Assembly (NCBI GenBank): GCA_965645245.1
Contig: OZ287079.1
Coordinates: forward strand, 992,001-1,056,000
Direction: 5' to 3'
Origin: Massalongia carnosa
Lineage: Eukaryota
DNA length: 64,000 nt
The notes under the pieces were generated by a model. It saw only the letters and a program-made list of their open reading frames with translations, was not told the origin of the DNA and searched no databases. The translations under genes and the position numbers were made by a program. Shown here piece after piece: positions 1-9,700 of this stretch (the stretch's first letter is position 1; every line of letters starts with the position of its first letter).

Positions 1-1737
1 CTTCTGAGATATGGCGAACGGTGGTCGGGCTGCAGACACAGCAAACACAGGGGATACTGGAGACATCAAAGTAGGGTTTGTAATACAGGAGTATCGCTTG
101 CTAAAAGTTAGTGCTGGTGGAGACGAAGATCGAATGTCTATATGGGAATGTGATATTATATCACGGTGTGAGCCTGTGTTTGGTTGTGGACCTGTCTTGT
201 CGGTTCGAGAAGGATATGATGTGGAAGTCTGTTCTAAATATTGCTGTTGAGTTATTGATCTTTCAAAATCGAGAATGCCGTCCTCGGCGCGTTTTGGGAC
301 AAGGTCTTCTAGAGAAAATGCAGATCTTGCAGGTGAAGGCTCCGCAGATGAGCCCCGAGAGGTAGACCAGGTTTTTGTGTCAGCCGATATATGTAAAGTT
401 CTTGGCGGCTTTGCGAACCTTTCCATGTTTGCTTGGTTGGGTGATGTGGTTGATTTGGCTAGCGGTGGGAAATCAGGCGGTTGTAGAGGTCCCACTGGAG
501 GGTTTTTGTCAGTAATACTTGATGATCTAGATGTTCCTAGTTTCTCTCTACTTCTTTTCTCAATTTCATCCGTTGTTTTCAAAATTGGCGCCGAAGTAGC
601 GAACCGGTTGGGATCCCTCTTAACCAGACATTGTCGACTGGGCCTTTCCTGCAGCGCTCTAGCAGCCTCGTGACTTGGTCCACGGAGGCTGCCGTCCGAC
701 TGGTACTGTTTACCACCTAAGGCTTCGATCGCTTTTCTGATTGAGACTAACCAGGAGTTCATATCCTCCGGACTATTGAAAACCAACAGAAAAATAGATG
801 TGGACAGCCTCGAGACATTTCCGAATCGCATCTTTTTAAACACTGATTTAGATCCATCAGTCGAGGCGACGGCCCCCTCATCGGCAACTCGGGAAACCTG
901 CAAAACCCAGTGCGCTCCTGGAATTGCGTCGCTCGCAAACGCAACCGAGTCCTTCCCCAAAGGCATAAGTTTCTCGGGAAGCCTATCAAAGGCTCCCTCC
1001 CCCGCGTATTCTAATATATAGCCGGATGTGGCCAACACATAAATTTTCTCGGCCCAGTGGACGTTTGAAGTCGTCTCTACGAGAGGCTGTTGGACCCTCC
1101 CGTCTTTCTCCCGCTTCAACTTCAAGTTATCTTTCTTCGGACGGGCTAGCACCGCATCCTGTGCTAAATCTAATTGGAAGCTTACAACTTTCTTTTCTTT
1201 GTGAAGCTGTAACAAAGGCTTTCCGTGGGTAGTAGGTGCGCGCAATCTAGCATGCTTAATAGCTTGTGGATATGCCTTGAAAAGTTCTGGTGGGCTCCAC
1301 GGAGCGAGGTTTGAAGCTGAAGAATTCTTCTTCTCCAGCATAATTTTCAAAGTTGCTCTTGAGGTTTCCTGTTCGTGTGTGGTGGGGGTTAGACCCGAGG
1401 AATACGACGAAATGTGAAAAACCTGAACGGAAGGGTTGGGGCGAGTTTGTGAAACGCCCGATTTCTTCTGATTTACGGATTTCTGGCACGGGGTATCTTC
1501 ACTCTCCAGAGATATGTCCATTTTGTGGTTCGAGCTGGCCATCTTGATTGATCTGTTCCGCGCAAATAACCCAAGTAGACTAGGCTTGGATTTGGGGTGG
1601 CTCAATGGTGGATCGTCTGGTGTCGTGGACATGGGTAACGCAGACTGCCTGCCAGTGGAATTTTCGATAGGTCTTGGGCACTGAACTCGTTGAGAAGCCA
1701 TACTGTTGCAACGCGCCTGCATATGGTGACCCTGCAT
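1..1737 (-). CDS. Fungal PH-domain protein, 3' end truncated by the window edge
   Basis: Minus-strand frame absent from the ORF track because no stop falls in the window. ATG at 1737 or 1701; an upstream exon is possible. Hand translation gives WSPPELFKAYPQAIKHARL and HWAEKIYVLATSGYILEYAGEGAFDRLPEK...VAFASDAIPGAHWVLQVS...FLLVFNSPEDMNSWLVSIRKAIEALGG, a PH fold with its C-terminal Trp helix. Confidence 0.8.
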   Translation of the reverse strand, partial: MQGHHMQARCNSMASQRVQCPRPIENSTGRQSALPMSTTPDDPPLSHPKSKPSLLGLFARNRSIKMASSNHKMDISLESEDTPCQKSVNQKKSGVSQTRPNPSVQVFHISSYSSGLTPTTHEQETSRATLKIMLEKKNSSASNLAPWSPPELFKAYPQAIKHARLRAPTTHGKPLLQLHKEKKVVSFQLDLAQDAVLARPKKDNLKLKREKDGRVQQPLVETTSNVHWAEKIYVLATSGYILEYAGEGAFDRLPEKLMPLGKDSVAFASDAIPGAHWVLQVSRVADEGAVASTDGSKSVFKKMRFGNVSRLSTSIFLLVFNSPEDMNSWLVSIRKAIEALGGKQYQSDGSLRGPSHEAARALQERPSRQCLVKRDPNRFATSAPILKTTDEIEKRSREKLGTSRSSSITDKNPPVGPLQPPDFPPLAKSTTSPNQANMERFAKPPRTLHISADTKTWSTSRGSSAEPSPARSAFSLEDLVPKRAEDGILDFERSITQQQYLEQTSTSYPSRTDKTGPQPNTGSHRDIISHSHIDIRSSSPPALTFSKRYSCITNPTLMSPVSPVFAVSAARPPFAISQK

Positions 1738-4700
1738 AACTCTTCGTGAGTCACCTATTGAAAATTAAACCAAGTCTTAGTTTGTTTGATACAATTTGGG
1801 GGGTGGTGAAGCAGGCATGAATTGACAACTTACCAGCACGCTTGCCCTATCGGAATTACTTGAACTAGTTCCAAGCAGGCGCTGGGAATTTAATTGTCTG
1901 GGTATGAGCCCGCAAACACCCTTTCATGGCACGAAGACCACCAAGGTATGTGTTGCAATATGTGCTGCAATATACCTCCCTACCCCATAAGCTACTGTAA
2001 GAAGATATACATCGGCGCAATTGGAATCACAGAGTCAAGAGCCAGAGAGCTCTGAAAGTGTAGCAAAACGCGGGCGGGATGATTTCGCCAGGATGAATGC
2101 GCTCCATGCATGAGATGGTTCAGAGCTTGAAAATCGTCAGGCACGTTTTCCTGTGGGTTTTTTTGGTACTGTAGAGAGCAAGTAGGTCTCTCTCCAGCAG
2201 CGCACACAGTGTAAAAGGCAAGAGGACGAACAGGCATAATGGACTATGTTGGACGGCCGGGGCCAAGAGCTTTTTTGATATGAGCTCAGAGTCGCGTGAC
2301 TTAGTTACCACTCCAACGAAGGTACCGAGCCCTAAAGTCCTTGGCTTCATCGTTCAGCCTATCAGACGATCGACTGAACGTATGTTGTTCAATGGGGCAG
2401 TCGAGGGAAACCCTTCCTGATGGGCCAAGGTTACTGGCAGCTGAGTTGGTTTAACCCAAAGAGGGAATACCTGGTGGATCTGAAGTCGGCCGTCTTTCTT
2501 CCTTCTTCTTTCAGCCATCACTAGTTAAACGTTAGTTACCTTTTGACAGAGATCTGTAAATTACCGAGTGCCTAGAGTAGGTAGGCACGTAAGGTACTCT
2601 GTATTTACCATCGTACTCAAAGTTGACGCACCCATCCACATGGCACCCATCCACATTCAGCATTCAGGATTTCGGCCTTTCAGCTTCGCTTGTACAGAGT
2701 ACTCTGTCTGTACCCGTACTCTATGCTCCATGCTCGTACTATATACTGTAGATACTCGGTACTCTGTACCCACATCCCTGAACCTTGACCATCAAATCAA
2801 AAAGCTTCATGGCTAGGTACATAGCAAAAGCACTTCTCTGCAACTAACCATAACTAATCGTGCTAAAGAGATCGCCAACTTTAAAATGACGAGCCTAAAA
2901 GTGACAGGAGTAGCGTGAATCGTACTGTTACTCGTACAATCCTATTCCCTGTAAATACTCTGTACGTTCCATACTAATTGGCCACGTATCTACATTCGCG
3001 AAGCCATAGTTACGTCTTCACGTGTAAACTGCAACATACTTACGTTATGCGGAGAGTGGCGTCTGGGGAAGAGGCTTCGGTGTACTCTGCACTCTGTATG
3101 AGGTACAGAGTACTAATTTTATGTAGGTACTCCCGTAGGATCATACGTAGTAACACGCTCTATCAGACGCCTCACGCCACAAGCAACTGACAGCTTCACA
3201 GAGATTGGCTATAGGGTACCAGTAGTGTTTGCTTTCGATCAGCCAATAACCTTTCTCCCCAAGGAAAGCCGGTGTAGCTAAGTTTGTTACTAACCAGCGA
3301 AAATGCTGTAGCGCCGACTCAGGCATTCATTCGGGTAAGGGAGTAAATGAGCACCAAACACAAAACACCATACACTACGAAATGAATATAGGTATCTCAG
3401 TTATATGTATATTTTGCAAACCTAGACTCAGCGTCAACACAGAGACCCGAGACTCTGCAAAACGTTGAGCCTTTGGGTTCATTCATCAATATTTTCCACT
3501 CACCCCACGTCAACCCTCTGTCTGAGGCCCAGGGCTCCGTTGCTGCGTAACTCGGGTTTAATGGTAACGTCGGATTGCTGGATGTGGTATCAGGGTTTAC
3601 GTTTGACAAACCTTGCTCTTCTGGGATTGTCTGTTTGCCTTTCGTTGCATCTCTGTCTATTTTCACGTGGAATTTAGCGATTGGACGTGCATAAAGAGTA
3701 TAACTGTTTCGCCGTTACCAGGATAAGAAGGTGCTCTCGGTGTGCATAGTGACACCGGCGGCTCAAGAAATGCAGGACTTGAGAGCGGGCGATGGCGTTG
3801 CGGAGATGGAAGCCGTCTTGGATGCGTCAAGGGGAAACTAGAATATGATCTCTAGCTTGTGCTAATCCTTATAAGAAAGAAATACCTTGGGGCTATCCTC
3901 GCCCTTCCTTGCTCCATCGTGGAGAGGGGTAGGCCTGGTGTTGCTGGTTGAGTGCATATTCGAAATTTTCGTATGGGTAATCACTGGGTGAGATTGATTT
4001 GCCATACAATTCGGGTACAATGCCTTGATGTTCAGGTTCGTGCCCAGAAAAGTTGTAGTGGATGGAAGTTCTTCGATATGAGGAGATGCTGGCAAAACAT
4101 GACAGGATGGCGAGGATTATGTGTCGGTGTTCCTGGTCAATGTGGTTTATGGCTTGTAGACTCTTCTCCATTTGCTCGTTGGAGAGTCATAGGTTTTTTC
4201 CTTTTCCTATGTGAACTGTCACTCCGACTCCGGAGACTGGTCGCGACGCTTAGTCCCTTCAGATTCAGCTCAGGTTGTTGAGATGATAACTCTGAGAAAC
4301 TCTGAGCGTCTGCGTGCGATGTCATATTCGCAACATCGGTGCTTGAGAAACGATGTCCGAAAGGTAGTCGCGTGGTAATGCAGAGAATACAATGAAGAAC
4401 TAACGCAGCTTGAAAATATTACTGTGCATGTGAAGCCTGCGGATTGCAAGTTTGGGACAAAAGGTACCTTGCCACTCGCTGCTATGGATCTGAGTGGACC
4501 GTATCGTATACTTTATCTTATTCCTATCTAGTATCAAAAGCCGTTGGCAGGTATCTATGCAGTTCAATGGGACTGACACTCAGCTGAGCTGTAAATCCAT
4601 TTTCCAGCATGAGAAAGAAGGGTGGATTCAGATGGCTTGTCACCTTCCTTTCTAGCTTAGGCGAGTGAGCTTATTTTCTCTCCTCTTTACCTATGTTCCT

Positions 4701-5938
4701 ACAAGTATTTGAATGGGTTTCAATTATGCATTCGCAGTACCTCATCTCAAGTCTAACATGAGAAACTTTCAGAGGATGCTTCATGTGGACGCCGCCCTGC
4801 CATGATGTCTCAGACCGTTTCAACGTCAAGGGCAGTTCGAGATCGAGTCAATAGGGATTTTCAAGGAGTCTTGGGCGAGCATCAGTCCACTTACCAGATA
4901 TTCCGATGCCATCTGACCCAAGTGTCGGCATAATATCTGCCCGCAAATTCAGCGCCGGGCTGCCTAAATTTACTCAGCAAGGCACAAAGGAGGTTCAAGC
5001 GTCGAGCCAATCATGCGGTAGGAGCACGTCATTGAAGGCTTTGGTAAGAGATATGGTAGGTAGCGTAAGGCCTTTTCAAGCATCACTGTTTCATGGAAAA
5101 CCAACAGAGACGGAATGGAAAGTCACATTACACAAAAAATCTGCGTTCATGACAGGTTTATGCAGCAATACGCTTCCCAGGCGTCTATCAAGTCACTCGA
5201 GTGCAAGTAGACAGCGGGCGATGCACAGTGCTCTCATCAGCCAACATTTTTACTTTTTCTTTTTCTCAAAATTTTCATTAAATTCCTTTTTTAATTTATT
5301 CGATTAACAACGCATAAAGGTACGTACATTTTTCAACCAGCGCAATGAGTGAAGTCCACGAGGTCACCGTCAGATCTACAAGAATGGTTAGGCGGCAGCT
5401 CATCCGATTCGCCGTATGTTTTTCGTTAGTATTGCGATTCAGACTCTCCGACCCTGCCTGCTCTAGCTAAACCCCCTGCAGCTTTGCTGATGGCATTCAT
5501 TATTGATTCAATGACAAACACGATGGGCACATTCTCTATCCTTATTCTACATATTCGTTGCCTGAATGGACCGGTGGCATTTTCTCTGAATGCTTGCACA
5601 TCTAAGGTTATTTCAGGGGTTTCCGCCCATCTAGCCAATTAATTGTTCGCGGAGGTGGGATCAAACGATCAGAGAAACTCTCGTTCGCAGGATCTAAAGC
5701 AAGTATGAATTTTATTTTGCATTATGCCAAGCTATCGCGCAGGTTCCGTCTCCTACCTCTTTTCACATAGTCGTATGGTCTTTGCTTGCTCCCGGTTTGG
5801 TAAGTCCCTGTAAGCTTTACTCACCTTATTCTCCAACAATACCTGCCACTCTACTCACTCCCATCACCTTTCTCACCGCTGGTCATACGCCCATATTTTT
5901 GCAACCGCAAACGCTGCGCCCTGACCCACCATGACCAA

Positions 5939-6874
5939 CTACATCACTGGCGAAAATTGCCAGCAAGACGTTGCCCGGTTTTTACGCGCACTTTTCGGAT
6001 CCTAGGTTTCATATAACGTCAGACTTCTGCTACCTTTACTCAATATTTTTTGCCATAGAAAATAAAGACATACCTCCCGGTATCCTATCTCAAAGTCTTT
6101 ACAGCACCATATATTTCGAGGCCAGGTGCACATCCAAAGTACATTGTCTGCCATGGGTAACCATTAGCGCGCCTGCTCGATCACGTCCACATGGCCAAAC
6201 CTACAAAGTTTGCACCATAATAAAGTTGTGCCGGTCAAGGTCAGCTTCCTGTGACGGGCAATTCCTGAATCGCAAATGGCTTTCCATTGAGCAGGGCAAA
6301 TTGGAATGTCACCAGGTGCTTTGAAATCAATGGCAGCTGGGTTAAAAAATTCACCTGGACGGACCACCCTTCCTGATGCAGGACTGATCTCCTGTTTGCC
6401 TTCGTGGCTACTACCGTCATCGGGGGCTGTTTGAATGTTTTCGGCTCCTCGATCGCCAGACGGCTTTTGATGGGTTTCGGGGATCGGCTTGCTAAGGGTT
6501 TCCTGATCCGAATCGCTGGTTTCTGGGAAGCATATCTCTTTCGGGGGGCTGCGCTTTCCACGGGGAACAGTGCCCGTGTGGCAAGCAGTGTTGATATTAT
6601 CAGCTATCCATTCCTGCCCCGACGGACTGTCATCAATAAAAAATAGGTTTGATGATAGATCATCGGTCGAAGCCGCGTTAGCTATGACTATTGGGTTTAA
6701 CGTTTGTGCCTCTATCTCACTTGAAGCCGAATCAATTAGATTCGAAGCACCTGGGTTGTTCGTGTACCCGTTCCCTGCATCCAAGACTGCAAGGTCATCA
6801 GACAGGCCTGAATCCGCTACAGAACATACAGCTAACAACAGAAACCAAGCAATAGAAGGCGAAAATACATGCAT
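5939..6874 (-). CDS. Secreted protein with an acidic linker and a C-terminal 7-Cys hydrophobin-like module (3 exons)
   Basis: Signal peptide MHVFSPSIAWFLLLAVCSVA. Exons 6874-6205, 6147-6074 and 6001-5939, with GTAGGT/GTATGT donors, CTAAT/CTGAC branch sites and YAG acceptors, splice in frame. C-terminus: PICPAQWKAICD...LWCKLYNVLWMCTWPRNIWCCKDF...TSCWQFSPVM*. Confidence 0.75.
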
Positions 6875-7696
6875 CTTAAGTGACGAAGAATTAAGTCGAT
6901 ACCGGCTGCGAAATCTCTGTCTTATTGCAACAGCTGGGTTCCAAGTGGATTTGAAAAATAATAACACATTTGTAGGACAAAAACGAGAAGATTCAGCGAC
7001 GAAAACTTTCCTGTGGGAACGTCAACTCCCCGAACGTTTTGATGGCCGTTTCGCTTAAGCCCGTTAATCGTCCTTGTTCCGCCGAAGATGCAGGTCCGAG
7101 CGCCAGTGGGCACACACGGCACATAACTGGCTTACTACAGAAGTGTGCAAGTTACAGATAAAGCGAGGTTTCTCGTCTCATAGTGGTAATTGGGGTGTTG
7201 CTTCAGCGTTATTTACTCAATCACATTGTTGTTGTGGAACGGGTAAACAGCCTCCGAAAGCCCGCAACAGAATTCCCATCGGCACATCGTATGCGCAGTC
7301 GTGCTGATGCTGCGATCTGTAAACGCACGTGATAGTAGACTGACGGGACAATGACCTTCTGAGTTCCGACCCTCGGTTCATCTCAACCGAAGACTTTTAC
7401 CATATCCATCCCATGCACCCGAACAAGTCATACTTTATGATAATCAAAGCATTCGTGTGCATGAACGAGCAGGTACTCCGTACTTGCTGGAGAAATGAAC
7501 TGTTATAGAATATTTGTCTGCCTATTTACTCCTGACTAACGTTAAGCGAGGCGAGTGATACGAATAGAGTACATTTTGCACGTGACCGTATGGGTTCATC
7601 GAACAGCCACGAGAAATCCCAGCCTTGCGCCACCCAACGGCCAGGCGTTCGCTTGCATCAGGTATAAGGGTACTTTTCGTTTGCAGAGTTCCCTAG

Positions 7697-7959
7697 CACG
7701 CGGCTGACAAAAAAACCGGGACACCAAAAACTTGAGCACTCTTACGCGTAAAACAATATCGTGCAATTATTTTTTCCTACACTTAATAATTTCAAGAATG
7801 TAAGATTGATATGCGTTCTGTCATCTGAGAAGACTTCAAGGTTTTTCAGGCTGTTTTTGTTGCTGAATGATTTTCAAGAAAAGATGTTTTTTTGAAAAGT
7901 TTGCTTGATTTGTTCCGGGAAGCAGGTTTTGGTGTCCCGGTTTTTTTGTCAGCCGCGTG
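7697..7959. mobile_element. 263-bp non-autonomous TIR element (MITE) with CAC...GTG ends and 5-bp TSD CCTAG
   Basis: CACGCGGCTGACAAAAAAACCGGGACACCAAAA at 7697 has its exact reverse complement ending at 7959. CCTAG is directly repeated at 7692-7696 and 7960-7964. The interior is AT-rich and non-coding. Confidence 0.9.
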
Positions 7960-9135
7960 CCTAGGCACATGTCGGACTAACGGCAGAGATTATGTAACAA
8001 GCGAGACAAGCTCATACAAATTCTCTTCTTGTAAATTTAGGCTTAGACGATTCATCATAAATCCATCAAGAAATCAATTATCTATTTCACTATCAGGAGA
8101 TATTCTTCTGACGTAAATATAAATTCATCATAGAGCTCATTGTTATCATACATTCAGCTCAACAGCACATGTGGCTTTCGCGAAAGTTCTACCGAGCCAA
8201 CCTGGGCAGCCCTTTGTGCCATGTATGCGTCATCGAAAAGCACACCAAAGTGAAACGCTCCAAAGCTAGTTACTCCTCAAGCTGTTCGGATCTTTCAATA
8301 CCTACCCAGCTAAACCCGAAGAAATGCCCGTAAAAAAAACCACACCCAGGGCTAATGCTCGCTCAAGTGAAATCCGTTCTGGATGCCCGCAGTTTTTTTT
8401 GCCGCTCTTCCGGGTTTTCCGCCTCTCTTAACGGGTGGGAGGGATGGTTTGTTGTTGTTGTTGAGGCTCCGCGGGCAGTGAAAACGCGGCCGATGACAAT
8501 CGAAATGGATCCTTCGTATTCATGATTTATAAGCCAAGAAAGTAGTAACCTTGTTCATACCTATCAGAGGAAAAAATCTACGAGAAAGAGCCAACAAACA
8601 ATCAAACAAGTAGGAAACAAAATCACCCCCAACCCAAGAGCTTTCCGCGAAACGGCCATGACGACTGCGTTTCCCAGGACCCCTAGGGTGATTCTGCTCT
8701 TTGTTCGGGGAGGGTCTAGAAGCCCTAAGGATTGAATGGTGGAAAAAGGGGGATGGTAAGTGAGTTTCTCGGAAAGGGGCCTTTGGGAGGGGGGTTAGCT
8801 AGGTCTTACGTGTGTGTGTATGAATGCATATATTTATGCATGAAAGAATGTTTGAGTACACACATGAAGGAAAGGCATAGGACAATCATGCCCTCGTGAC
8901 GAAAACCAGAAAACCAAGGGTTGTCCATTATTTCCCACCTCCCCAACCCCCCCTTATACCCCCACAACACTCTCATGCGTATACCCCATGTTTAGCCCAT
9001 CCTATAGTTCTTCCCGGAAAAGAATTCTCTCCAATCACCTCCATTGTGTTTCACCCGTCCCAAGCCCAAAAGCCTCGCCCCCCTGCCCCGAACCCATCCC
9101 ATTACCTTCTGCTCTGACTGACGGAGTACAAAGCC

Positions 9136-9700
9136 CTAATTATTAACTTGGGTGCACTGGGCTCCTATGCCCCCCTACGTTTTCATTCCCGGAACATCAG
9201 CATCACCCCCCATCGAACTATATCCCTTGAAAATTCCCGCGAAACGACAAACTCTTGGGGCTAAGGGGGGAGTGGGGGGTCGGTAAGACTAGAACGTGAC
9301 TTACCTGAAAGGTGACACAGCAGTAGACCTGACCTTTTGTTTGACAGATTGCCTCCGTTGATTTATCTGCCAAAGAGTTGTTAGAGAGACCGAGAGTTTC
9401 GTTGGTACGAGGGGCAAATTCCATGGCAAACGAAACAATGAGATTGGGAGGGGGTTGGTGGTGTTAAGATCCCGTGCCGCAGGGGTTTTTGGGGGTGAAG
9501 AGGGTGCTATGGCGCTGGCTTGGGAATGAATAGAGACAACACGTACAACGAATGCAGTTGTTGTTCACAACGCCTAGAACGCTAGCGCCATTGCAGCACA
9601 CACCGGTTTGGGCGCCGCATAATGGATCGCTGGAGTCTGTGGGAACGGGATTGGCGAGCGCCATGGCCAGACTGGTGAGAATGTACACGATGGAATACAT
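9136..9700 (-). CDS. 84-aa secreted 8-Cys hydrophobin-like protein (3 exons)
   Basis: Exons 9700-9547, 9366-9305 and 9174-9136 splice to MYSIVYILTSLAMALANPVPTDSSDPLCGAQTGVCCNGASVLGVVNNNCIRYKSTEAICQTKGQVYCCVTFQGGIGAQCTQVNN*. It has a signal peptide and the C-CC-C-C-CC-C pattern. Confidence 0.85.

Noticed and set aside
3397..4325. Chain of short minus-strand ORFs
   Set aside because: Possibly a decayed gene, but no recognisable motif or consistent splice model.
4760..5640. Possible TE or gene remnant with a T-rich tract
   Set aside because: No TIR pair, TSD or catalytic motif found.
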